Position numbers and translations under genes: made by a program. DNA of 63,910 nt, filler included, from Licmophora abbreviata (Eukaryota), in NCBI GenBank assembly GCA_900291995.1. It is 13 parts of 13 records of this genome, joined end to end, with 100 filler letters (N's around TTAATTAATTAA, not from the genome) between each part and the next. Parts side by side here need not be neighbours in the genome. Positions count along the whole stretch, not along the records: positions 1 to 9,365 come from OLMU01000845.1; positions 9,466 to 13,813 come from OLMU01000848.1; 11 more parts are not named here. One strand, written 5' to 3'. How positions within the stretch are numbered: position 1 is the stretch's first letter; each line of letters opens with the position of its first letter. The notes under the pieces are model-generated. The model was given only the letters and a program-made list of their open reading frames with translations. It ran no database searches and had not been told where the DNA came from. Positions 1 to 11,078 of this stretch are shown piece after piece.

Positions 1-262
1 CCGTACACGTATACATTTATATGATATAGTAGTAATAGTTTTGGTTAAAAGAAGTGTCTACATGTGTGTACTGTCCATCGGGATTGACATTCTGTAGGCT
101 CCCACTCGCCGAGGGCGCGCAAAAAAGAGTTCACGCACAGCACAATTGAATTCATCATCGGCGGCTTCCACTCACACTCACCAACAAGGTATCTTATCTT
201 ATCCATCAGCACCAGTCGTGTGTTTTTAAGGTATTCTATTCTGTACAGCGAGACGTCCAAAG

Positions 263-1552
263 ATGCATCAAATGTGGGTAGCGCTGTGGCTGGCAGTATT
301 TGGAGCTTGCTGTAGAGTCTCTTGGTCGCTGGCGGCACTCACGAGTCCGCTGGATACAATCATCGTGGCAGGAGCCGGTCCATCGTCGCTGCTCTTCGCC
401 TACCAGTACTTGACGCTGAACCGCTTCGCCAGGATTCGAATCATTGAGAGGTCGCCTCGTCCCGATGTCATCTCTGGACCACGACACAATGATGCTTATT
501 CTTTTGGAAACGGACTCGGGGGGAGAGCGAGAGCCGTGCTTCGAACGATTCCTGGATTACTGGAACGAGTCGAGTCCATTTCTGCATACACCAGGTCCGA
601 TCGGTGGATATGCGATCGAAAAGAGCTCTGCACGGAAATACTAGAAGCGATGGATCAATACTTTGAGGGGAGAATCGATTTATTCTTCGAGACGGAACTA
701 CAAGTCTTCTACGATGACCGAACTGTCGAAGTCGTCGACGCCTACGGAGAATCCCAGATTCTGAGCTACGATCTGCTTGTCGCAGGCGATGGTGCTAGCT
801 CTCTTGTTCGAAACGCACTCATTGCCAAGGGGGAGATTCACTGTACGCGATTTCTTCGACCGGACTCTTGGAAGGCCTTGCGACTGCCTCCTCAACCGAA
901 TTTGTCGGCCGGTGCCTTTTTACCTTACCCGAGGACGCCAAAGGACTTCGGAGCGCTAGTGCCACAGAGGGACGGAACCTTTGTGCTTTTATCGTACTGG
1001 AAACGGAGGAGGAGACGGCCTCAGCTCAATGCATGGAATGCCAATACTCCTCAGGAGTTGCGTGACTGTATTGGGCAGGCGTTCCCCGACATTACTGTCT
1101 TTCCGCCCGACGAATACTTGCAAGCTTACTTGGACGAACGACCTCGCACTGAGTCTTTCATGAAACTCGATCGGCATGCCGTCGAGCACTTTCGGGTTGC
1201 ACTGATTGGTGACGCAGCCGTCGGCATGTACAGTCTCATGGGACAGAACTGGGCGTACGCCCTGGACAGCGCCAATCGCTTGGCCAAAACGCTTGCCGAG
1301 ACCGATTCCGTCCCAGAGGCGCTCAATGTCTACTCGACTGAAAGTGTCGTCCAGGGACATGCGGTGACGGATATTAATCTACTGGCGCATTTGCAGGGCA
1401 AGGGGCTGTTAAAGCCTTCTCTCATGCGCGAAATGACGAGTAAGCTCAATGATCCAAACAAGCCATACGACCAAATCCTACGGGAGTACGGTTGGAAGAT
1501 ACGCCTGAGTCGATTGCTTTGGCGCATGGAACGGTTGCCACTTTCTAGCTAG
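263..1552 (+). CDS. FAD-dependent monooxygenase (kynurenine 3-monooxygenase/aromatic hydroxylase-like) with signal peptide
   Basis: 429-aa intronless ORF with Rossmann motif IIVAGAGPSS, DG motif LLVAGDGASS and GD motif ALIGDAAVGM..MGQ; hydrophobic N-terminus. Confidence 0.8.
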   Translation: MHQMWVALWLAVFGACCRVSWSLAALTSPLDTIIVAGAGPSSLLFAYQYLTLNRFARIRIIERSPRPDVISGPRHNDAYSFGNGLGGRARAVLRTIPGLLERVESISAYTRSDRWICDRKELCTEILEAMDQYFEGRIDLFFETELQVFYDDRTVEVVDAYGESQILSYDLLVAGDGASSLVRNALIAKGEIHCTRFLRPDSWKALRLPPQPNLSAGAFLPYPRTPKDFGALVPQRDGTFVLLSYWKRRRRRPQLNAWNANTPQELRDCIGQAFPDITVFPPDEYLQAYLDERPRTESFMKLDRHAVEHFRVALIGDAAVGMYSLMGQNWAYALDSANRLAKTLAETDSVPEALNVYSTESVVQGHAVTDINLLAHLQGKGLLKPSLMREMTSKLNDPNKPYDQILREYGWKIRLSRLLWRMERLPLSS

Positions 1553-1750
1553 CTATAATAGCTTTTTTGCGCGAATGATTGACTACACTTCCAACTAGCG
1601 GTTGCCTGCACATGATAAATGCGGAAGTGGGTTTGCGACGAATTGTGGTCTTCACCAAAATACGTTCTTATAAACTTGTTGCGTCTTTCAGCTGTTGTTG
1701 CAAGAGGACTCAATACGCAGTGTGATATGTACAAAGCAAAAACACCTCTT

Positions 1751-4700
1751 CTACAAGGAAGCTTCCACCCCCGTCTGTATCGTTTCGTGCTCAACATCGC
1801 CGTTCTCTTCGTCGAGCTCAAGGTCCTTCGTGGCAGCTGCCCGTTCCGCTTGTCGTGTACCAATGTACACCTCATCCGATTGGTAGTGCACAACTTGTTT
1901 GTGCACAAGAGCGAGGAGCCAGGCGGCAGAACACACGCCGGAGGCCTCGAGAATCAGACAGACACGAACAATCAAATATATTAACGGGTTTGATAGGAAA
2001 GCGACTGGGAATGACGAAGCGATGATCCGCCAAGCCAAAGAAGCAATGATCGTAGTGATCAACGCGCCCAGTAATCCAGTGTTGAAGAATGCTTGAAGAC
2101 CATCCGATACACCCCACAAGTTCTCGTCCTCGTCTCCATAGTCGAGCGTTGTAACACGGGCGACGACGAACGTACACAGTGTCACGCAAATCTGGCGTCC
2201 AATCAAGAAAGCTTGCAGATTGTTGCCGCTAAAGATCAGTTGGCACACCGCGTGAGCCACTTTACGGCACTTGCGCTCGTCTTCTGGGAGATTGGCGACT
2301 GTGAAAAGAGCAATTTGCATACCCTCCATCATTCCCACGAAGGCCATGAGTACTAAGAACAAAAAAATTGAAGCGGCCACAGGAACGCCATCCCACATTT
2401 CTGTCTTTCCGTCGAATAACGCCGTCAGCGTGACCGCAAAGGCAAGGCCGAGGAATAAGCCAGACACGACGACACGGGCCCAGAAGAACACGTTTTGTAC
2501 GGGGGTGCGAGGAGAGGCCATTGGCTGGCCTGTCATCTTGGAAAAGACCACTTGAGCCAAGTACACAGAGTGCAGGATCCCAGAGTACTCGATACCTAGA
2601 GACACCCACGTTGAGAAGAGCATGAAGTACGTGTTGATGAAGTCAAGCATGCAGTTCGCCGCGTTGATTTGAGCGGTAAGCTGGCCGATCATGATCGTAG
2701 TCAAGATCATGGCTAACCCCGACGCAAGAAAGATCTCGTTCATGAGATCCGAAAATCCAAACACGCTGGCATCGGAGATAGCGCCCCCGCACATGTTGAG
2801 CGCAAAGACGATCAAAACAACCAAAAACTGGCGTCCGACGATAAAGCGCTTCATGTGGTCGCCCTTGTGTGCTATTCGGGTGGTCTTCCGGCTCACTGGG
2901 TGACTCTCGGCGTACACTGGTGACGAGAAGGAACGGCGACGAGATGTCAGGGCAGTGAAGGACTGAGCGATACGGGCGAAACACAAAGAAGACTCACGTT
3001 CTGGGTCGACAGACTGGAGACCGACGAGGGCGCCCTGGCCACCTTCAATCATTCCAAGCCAGATCAACAAGAACCAGAACAGAATGAAAGCGAAAACCTT
3101 GTGCGTGCTCTGTGACATCGTCGTCTGTTCTGTGAAAATAGCACTCATGACGATGCAAACGCTGAAGACCAATAGACCGAACGAGTACAAGTACTTGATC
3201 GCAGTCACAGAGATGTCAATATCCTTGTCACGACGAGTAACGGGAACTGCTCCATGACGCTCGGCGCCCTCGAGGTACACCTCATCTGGCTGGTACCCGA
3301 CGACAAGCTTGTTCCATCGACCGAAGACCCATGCAGCCGAGCACAGACCAGTGAGTTCCAGGAAAAGGCACACACGACTTGTAAGGTAGATCAACGGGTT
3401 AGAGAGGAAAGCGACTGGGAATGACGAAGCGATGATCCGCCAAGCCAAAGAAGCAATGATCGTAGTGATCAACGCGCCCAGTAATCCAGTGTTGAAGAAT
3501 GCTTGAAGACCATCAGATACACCCCATAAGTTCTCGTCCTCGTCTCCATAGTCGAGCGTTGTAACACGGGCGACGACGAACATACATGTTGTGACACAAA
3601 GCTGACGCCCAATCAAAAACGCCTGCAAATTCTTGCCGTTGAAAGTGAGCCGATAGACTTTGTAAGCAAGGGCGTGCTTCTTGAGTTGGTCTTCCGGGAG
3701 ATTGGCGACCGAAAAAAGAGCAATTTGCATACCCTCCATCATTCCGACGAAGGTCACGAGTACAAGGAACACAACAATAGAAACGGCGGCAGGAACACCA
3801 TCCCACATTGTCGTCTTGTCATCGAATAATGCGGAAAGCGTGACTGCAACCGAGAAGCCGAGAAAAATGCAAGACATAGTGACACGGGCCCAAAAGAACA
3901 TTTTCTGTACGGCCGTACGAGGGAGCTCTTTCGTTTGGATGGGCATCGCCGTAATCTTGGAGAAGATTATCTGAACCAAATACACCGAGTGCAAAAGTCC
4001 CGTCAGCTCAATTCCTAGGGAGGCATAGGAAGTTATCAACATGAATTGATTGTTGATAAAGTCAAGCATGCAGTTAGCGGCGTTGACTTGAGCGGTCAGC
4101 TGACCGAGTATGATCGTCGTCAATATGAGAGCGATTCCGGTGGAAAGGAAGATGCCGTTCAATACATCGGAAAGGCCCAATGGGTCGGCATGGTCGATAG
4201 CGGAAGTCAACAAGTTTGTGGTGAAGACGACGAGCACCACTAAGAATTGGCGTCCAACAATGTAGCGCGTCAAGTTGTCCCCGTTGTGCACAAGATTGGT
4301 GTTTTTCAAAGCGCGGGGGTGCGATTCGGCGTACGCGTTCTTGTCAACCGACTGTAGAGGAATGAGCAAGAATATTTCAGTTTCGCTTCTCGTATTGGTC
4401 GGTCACATTCTAGCTCATGAACGTACCTGAAGACCAACGAGCGCTCCTTGGCCCCCCTCCATCATGGCAAGCCAGCAAATTAAGAACCAAAAGATAACAA
4501 AAGCGGCAGCGGGATGGATACCCATATCGGCGGTTCCCGTGGTCTCCTTGGTAAAGACGGTAGCCATCACCACGACGACAGAGAAGATCAAGAGAGCCAT
4601 CGAATAGAAAAGCTTGAACACGGTCGTTGTGCGGTCTATATCCTGATCGCGACGAGTGACGGGAGCTGCTGCATGGAGCTCGGCGCCCTCAAGATAGACC

Positions 4701-6505
4701 TCATCCGGTTGAAAGCCAATCAAGAGCTTGTTCCATTGACCGAAGACCCAGGAAGCGGAGCATACGCCAGAAGCTTCCAGGAACAAGCACAATCGAATGA
4801 TCAGTCGAATCAGCGGGTTCGATAAGAAAGCCAACGGGAAAGACGAAGCGACGATACGCCACACCAAAGAAGCGACAATCGTGGTGATGATGGCTCCCAA
4901 TAAGCCAGTGTTGAAGAATGCCTGAAGGCCATCAGACACGCCCCACAGGTTCTCGTCCTCGTCGTCGTAGTCAAGGGTCGTGACACGGGCAATCACGAAC
5001 ATACACAGCGTCACACAAATTTGACGTCCAATCAGGATAGCCTGCAGGTTCTCGCCACTAAACGCAAGCAGACAATTGGCATGGGCAATCGCGTGGCTCG
5101 CAAGTTTGTCTTCGGGGAGGTTTACGGCAGCGAAAAGAGAGATCTGCATACCCTCCATCATACCAACGCACAACATCAGGATAAAGAACGCTATAACAGA
5201 AGCGATCGCAGGAACGCCGTCCCACATGGTAGTCTTCCCACCAAAGAGGGCAGCCATCGTGACGGCAAAGGCAAAGCCGAGGATGGCAATCGACGCAAGG
5301 ACACGGGCCCAGAAAAAGGCATTCTGTAGAACGCTTCGCGGAGCCTCATCGGATTGGACAACGTTTCCAGTGACCTTGAAGAAGAATATCTGAAGCAAGT
5401 ACACAGCGTGCATGATGCCGGAGTACTCGATCGCCAACGATGTGTAGGTTGTGAACAACATGAAATAGTTGTTGATGAAGTCAAGCATGCATGTGGCGGC
5501 ATTGACTTGGGCAGTGAGCTGACCGAGCATGATCGTCGTCAGCACGACGCAAAGTCCGGAGGCGAGGAAAACTTCTTTCATAATTTCGGAGAATCCCAAT
5601 ATGTCGGCGTCTTTGACGGCAGAAGCCATCAAGTTGATGGCGAAGACAACGAGGACGACCAAGAATTGGCGTCCAACAATGAAGCGTTCCATATTGTTTC
5701 CTTTCTGCGCCAAAGTAGCACACTTGAACGAGCGAGGATGCGAATCGGCGTAGAGCTACACGTTGAGATAGCGAAAGGAAGTGAATGAGATTCTTTGAGT
5801 CTTGCGTCGGGCGAGTAATCGAGCATGCCGTGAGTGAAAGTTGAAAGTACCGGTACGTACCGCCTTGTCAATTGGTTGAAGGCCGACGAGGGCACCCTGG
5901 CCTCCCTCCATCGTTGCGAGCCATACTATCAAAAACCAGAAAATAAAGAATGCTAGGGCTGGGTGTAGTCCCATGTCGGCAGTCGCAGTGGTCTGCTCCT
6001 TGAAAATAGCAGCCGTCACAACGACGACGGAAAAGATCAAGAGCGCAAAGCTGTAGGAGTACTTGAAGCTCTCGATACCAGCAGCAATGACAGAGCGGGG
6101 AGCTTCTGTTGTCTCTCTGCCCTCAACTTGACATGCTCCCAAGTATGACCCTCTGGCACTGCCCTCTTGGTCCGCCGGGAATCTCGCAGGGTTGCCGTGC
6201 GCATCGGCAATAGGCAGAAACTTGCCAGAGTCGTCGTCGTCTCCGGCCACACTGGCGTCCTCATCGTCGACCGTCTTGCGAGCAGTGTAAGGGTTCGCGC
6301 CCGCAGATATGTGTACACCCTTAGAGTCAGAGACCGGACTGCGAATCGAGGCTCGCATCTTGCCGTCGGTAGAGTCGTCGTTGTTGTATTGGCGCTCGGC
6401 GTACCGGCATGGGTTCATCAGGTTCGTCTCTTCGGTGATGATCTGTCCTGCATCGGGGTGGGCGCGAGAACAGTCGAACGAGAGCTCGATCTCTTCAGAC
6501 GGCAT
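1751..6505 (-). CDS. SIT: Triple tandem silicon transporter (three fused SIT units), about 1497 aa; exons 6505-5861, 5755-4427, 4351-2998, 2916-1751
   Basis: Each unit has the SIT motifs EGGQ, GRQ, CMLD, EGMQ, GRQ and DEVY. Three GT-AG introns (5756-5860, 4352-4426, 2917-2997) join the ORFs in frame; 4494 nt spliced, with no stop between units. Confidence 0.92.
1995..3581. repeat. Near-identical 177-nt direct repeat in SIT units 3 and 2 (1995-2171 and 3405-3581)
   Basis: Manual comparison shows 2 mismatches; offset 1410 nt = 1329-nt coding unit plus the 81-nt intron. Confidence 0.9.
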
Positions 6506-7193
6506 TGTGAACAAGCAAGAAGTTTTAGACTGGGGCTTGGAGGATATTCAGACGAGGATATGAGTGCCGTACTTGTATGCTACGAGCCCAACGAGAATTC
6601 GCGTGCGCGTCTGTCTCTGGTCTGTTTCCCTTTTTCGCTTTCTTTCACGCCGCGTTTTGCTACTCCATGAGCCTGTTCACGGTGAGCCCCTTCGAGTCTT
6701 CTCAATGCTCCTTGTCGACAACGGCCGTGACGAGCAGAATACTAGTACGACAATGTACAAAGTTCGCTTCGCCCATCATTTTATGTTGACGAATGCTCTG
6801 TGGGACTGTCGATGAGTGATGTGTCTGTTGATGGAATACAGAAATGGATTATATTATATATGAAGCCTACGATTAATTGTGTCCCTGACTAGATCATTGA
6901 AGTTCCAAAATATAAAATATAGCGCGGACAGCGGACATGGTTCAGTTCTACATAACAACAATCCGTGATGATGGATGCTAACATGCCAACAAAATGCGAG
7001 CTCTTTTGTTGTGGTGCGCGCTCCAACCTCCATCAAAGTTTAAAGTTTGGCGCTCAAAAAATGAAAAAAGTGCATTCTGCACTCTCATGACGGCGACGGT
7101 GATGCGAGACGAATCTATGAAGCGAAACCGATCTCTTTCCAAACTTGGACGGAGTCGGGAAGTGCAGACGTTACTCTGAATCTCCTACGGCAG

Positions 7194-8453
7194 ATGGTCG
7201 TCTGCTCGGCCTCGGCCTTTTCGTCAATTGTACCTTCGTCCGGACTGTTGCTACCCGTGCTGCTCCTGTCCTTCACCATCCATACCACGAACGCCCTCTT
7301 CGTCCAGCCCCCCTCTAAAATCAAACCATATCCGGCCCTAAGACTCCCAACGGCAGACCGTCTCGGTGTTTCGTATAATGGCATAGCCCACGATGCTGGA
7401 AAGGCGGCATCTTTGCCTGGATTTGCCTTGTCGCTCGATGCTCAGTTTCCAGCACTCGACGAATCGACATTTCAGAAGCTTCAGAGTGCCTACTGCGCCT
7501 GGTCCGACACAAAGAGCCGAGTCCGATGGCGCGAGGGTGCGAACTACACGCTCCTTGACTTTTTGCCGCCGCTACTGCAGGCAGTCTCTGGGTTGCACTT
7601 TCGCTCGTCGCGGACCGTACAGAAAGATCTCCCATCCTTCCTTGGCGGACCGGGCGATCGTGTAAAGAGATACACGGAGCAGGAGGTTCTCCTTACGTCC
7701 AACTGCTGGGGATTTGCCTGGGAGGTCCTGTTTCAGGCCGACAATGCCGACACCAGTGCCATGACAATATCCACAGCAGATCCAGTCAGTGCTTGGAGGG
7801 CGTTCACTGGACCGGGATTTGATCTCATACAGAGCACAAGGACAAAGCCGGCTTTGCTTTCAGACAAGGAACTCAGGAACAGAAGCATAAAGGGCGGCGA
7901 TGTCCTATTGATCTGGCATCAGAATCCAACAACGGCATCCGGGCAGGATCTATACCTCGATCATGTCGCTACGTGTATCGACGAAGATGTTTACTACGAG
8001 AAAAGCGGAAGCGGAGACAAAGTACCGTTCCGGATAAACACATGGGAAGGTATAACTGCAAATTTCCCGCCATCAATATTCTTTTGGGAATGGAGGCGCC
8101 TCGTGAGGAACAATCCCCTCTCGCCCAACGTCTACGGCAGTGTTCCAAAGCTTCAACCCGCTTCGCAGATCTTTGGGGTCGATTCGCAAGTTACGGCCGT
8201 CAACGAGTACATAAGAGATCGCGTCTCGATCCTTTCTGAATTGAAGCCACGTGTGGCGCAACGGTTGAGTCTGCAGGCAGATACGGGTCTAGGTGGCGTC
8301 GTGGAGGCGCAGACGTATACGGGCATACTGGTGTTGGAAGATGTTGTTTTTGATGACAAGACAGGACGAGCGTCGCTTCCGAGGAGCGCTTTTATGCCAG
8401 AGTGGTACATGAAGACCCAGCAGATGTTACCGACGAGACGTCGCAACTCGTAA
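7194..8453 (+). CDS. Uncharacterised protein with signal/bipartite presequence; possible NlpC/P60-like (papain-fold) Cys-His hydrolase
   Basis: 419-aa ORF; hydrophobic LLLPVLLLSF..NALF; motifs SNCWGFAWEV, GDVLLIWH and LDHVATCI..YYEKSG. Confidence 0.6.
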   Translation: MVVCSASAFSSIVPSSGLLLPVLLLSFTIHTTNALFVQPPSKIKPYPALRLPTADRLGVSYNGIAHDAGKAASLPGFALSLDAQFPALDESTFQKLQSAYCAWSDTKSRVRWREGANYTLLDFLPPLLQAVSGLHFRSSRTVQKDLPSFLGGPGDRVKRYTEQEVLLTSNCWGFAWEVLFQADNADTSAMTISTADPVSAWRAFTGPGFDLIQSTRTKPALLSDKELRNRSIKGGDVLLIWHQNPTTASGQDLYLDHVATCIDEDVYYEKSGSGDKVPFRINTWEGITANFPPSIFFWEWRRLVRNNPLSPNVYGSVPKLQPASQIFGVDSQVTAVNEYIRDRVSILSELKPRVAQRLSLQADTGLGGVVEAQTYTGILVLEDVVFDDKTGRASLPRSAFMPEWYMKTQQMLPTRRRNS

Positions 8454-8792
8454 AGGTGCATCCCTTTTGATCATCGCAAGAGTGCTCTAGAGGATGTTCT
8501 TCCATGTGAACAAGCCTATCATGGATCGACCGTCCGTGCATCTAATCGCAAGACTAAAGGTGAGGATCCTAGTCCCGACAGTAGACTTTTATGACTCGAG
8601 ACATCCATGAATATCGTCTCGATTCCCCCATGGATGTATTCGCTTCGGAGCAAATTTAAGTCGCTTGAGAAAGAGAATATAAGTAGTAGGCATTTTGACA
8701 TTGCTCCCATTTCATTGACCGTATTGTACGCTGTCGTTGTCGACTTGACCAAGATCCTCGCATTCCAACATTCCTAGGATTCCTAGTCTCCT

Positions 8793-9353
8793 TCATTTCT
8801 GCAGTTTATCTAGAATGTTGTGAATGACGTTCTTCATTACTGGCTGGCCGCGACGCGTCCGCTTGGAAAAGACCTTGGCACTTTCCTTTCTCTGCTTCAG
8901 CTTGCGCTGTCTCTCTCGTTCTGTCGAGTCGCGTTCAAACTGTTGCTTGGAGCGCTTCTGTTTTTCCGTCTGTGCTTTTTGAAGGGAGGCGGCAAAGGGA
9001 TTCGTCTTGTGCCGACGCTGTCGTTTGTTGCTAGTCACACCCGCAGGGGACTCTATTTGTTCTGTAGAAACACAAGCCGACGCCGACTCCCCTGGGACTT
9101 CCTCCTTCCTCTCAGAATCCTCCATTCTTTCTTCGGTCTTTCGTTTTCGCCTGGCTCCCGATCCTGCTTGATATCCTTCTTTGCGCATGGCCGTCTTGTA
9201 TTGACGCAACAAGACTGCCTTGTGCTTGACTTTTCGTTCCTTGCGCGACTTGTACTCTTGGATGGCCCGCGTGACGCCCTTTTTGCCGGCCGCAAACTCT
9301 TCCACACCCAAAGCCTTGCGGCGACCTGTGCTACTTTCTGGACGACTGGACAT
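8793..9353 (-). CDS. Basic coiled-coil nucleolar protein, Fyv7/TAP26(CCDC59)-like rRNA-processing factor
   Basis: Lys/Arg-rich 186 aa ending in the family-typical KRTRRGQPVMKNVIHNILDKLQK. Confidence 0.75.
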   Translation of the reverse strand: MSSRPESSTGRRKALGVEEFAAGKKGVTRAIQEYKSRKERKVKHKAVLLRQYKTAMRKEGYQAGSGARRKRKTEERMEDSERKEEVPGESASACVSTEQIESPAGVTSNKRQRRHKTNPFAASLQKAQTEKQKRSKQQFERDSTERERQRKLKQRKESAKVFSKRTRRGQPVMKNVIHNILDKLQK

Positions 9354-11078
9354 GATTGAAATTACNNNNNNNNNNNNNNNNNNNNNNNNNNNNNNNNNNN
9401 NNNNNNNNNTTAATTAATTAANNNNNNNNNNNNNNNNNNNNNNNNNNNNNNNNNNNNNNNNNNNNCATCTGGCCAAGGAAATGCTGGGAGAAACAACGCC
9501 GGTACGGGCAACCGTCGTAGTGCGAGAAACCGCAAATAAAGAGTGAGCTGATGTATTGGAGGGCGGGCACTTGTTTGTGGACCTACAGCAATGGCTACAT
9601 ATGCTTGCCTGGGCGAGATTGTAATATGCATCAATATGATTTGGTTTGACGTCGAGAAAAGAAAACGCAAGTGGCGACGTATCTCTGCCTCGAAGGCGCG
9701 TCGTCGCTTTCAAGCGTCTAATTGCCGCTAGGCCTAGGGAAGCTTAGATATTCAGCAGAGTAAATAGGTTATGGATTCATCGATCAAGGAATATTGATGC
9801 TACCTCCGAATACCAAGGGAATCTTTCGGCCGCAACATTTATCGGGACGCGAAGTTGCTTGTACAGGGTCTCCCGTCATGCGATGTGTGTTCTGACCCGC
9901 GGCGCCTTCTGCCGGGTCGCTCAGATTATGTGTACTCCTATCTGCTGCAGTCTCCTCCCTCTGAACACTGGAATTTTTGGCGACGAAGAATGTCTGCACG
10001 ATGCGATCTCCAGGGTGTGATTGCGCTCGCTTTGCTCCAGAGCCGTCGGGCGGGGCTAAACTAGAATGTTGGATATTAACTTGGGCGAGAGATTCGAGTC
10101 CTCGTTTCTTGTAGCGTCTGCGTTTCCACTGAGGATTCGTGAATGCATCCACTCATAAAGAGGGGAGCTAACAGCGAATCATCGAGTGAGCGTGTTCCTT
10201 AGTTGATGTTCTTGTCTGAATGTACATTCACCGTCGACGCTCACACCGTTATGCATCCTCAGTTGTCCTCATTGCTCTTGATCAGCTAAGAAAATCCTCC
10301 ATGAACCCAACAACCGCGCCACAGTGCCATATTCTAGTCGTCAACGATCAACAAAAGGACGAGATGTTTTCTTTCGACGCGTTCCGAATGCAAAATGTGA
10401 GACGCCGGCCGCTTCTATAGCTACTCATGTCCTTATAGAAATGTGTTTCAAATCCAATTTACGTAGGATAATACTTGGCTCTACGTAAATTGGCGGCCTC
10501 GGTGCGCCAATTTTGGAAGCACTCCGAGACCACTGGATACCTCACATCGGTGGTCGACGAACGCCGCACGTCGACGCCCTTGAAGCGCATAGTACTCCCC
10601 AATTTGGTCTAGAGGTGACAGAGAATCATTCTGTAAACCGATAATTTGTCGAGAAGCCACAAAATCACTCATTTCGAGCGACTCCAGTGTCGGGAGGGAG
10701 GCGCGCTCCGTCATTCGTGTTGATTTTGCAGTACAGAATTGACGTAGAATCTACACAGATTTCGGCTCAACCCGAGCCTGCAACCTCACTTGACGACGGA
10801 CTTCGTTCAGAGGTCCCACTCCCTTGTGAGCATCGATTGGACTTTTCCTTCCGCATTGGGTCAAAGATAAGAGGTTGAAAGCAGCGAGAATAAGGCTCGA
10901 AGCGTCTGGGACAGCCTGAAGTTTCTGCAGGCTGAGAGTCAGTCGAGAGGTGCGCTGAGATACCGAGTCGGACTCGAAACAGGACCCTTCAGCAGGTGTC
11001 GTATACGACAGTAGTCTGCATCGTATCGCCCAGGACAAGATCAACGTTGGGGAAAGACGGGACAGCACGAATCCTTCC

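Noticed and set aside
116..1573. 12-bp inverted repeat CGCGCAAAAAAG (116-127 and 1562-1573) bracketing the monooxygenase, as possible TIRs
   Set aside because: No target-site duplication or transposase; several such pairs are expected by chance in 64 kb.
1751..6514. Three separate SIT genes or pseudogenes, as the ORF track suggests
   Set aside because: ORF breaks fall inside units at canonical GT-AG introns, and the unit junctions are uninterrupted coding sequence.
9466..11078. Short ORFs in the long region upstream of Wee1
   Set aside because: No motifs or splice-consistent model; treated as non-coding.
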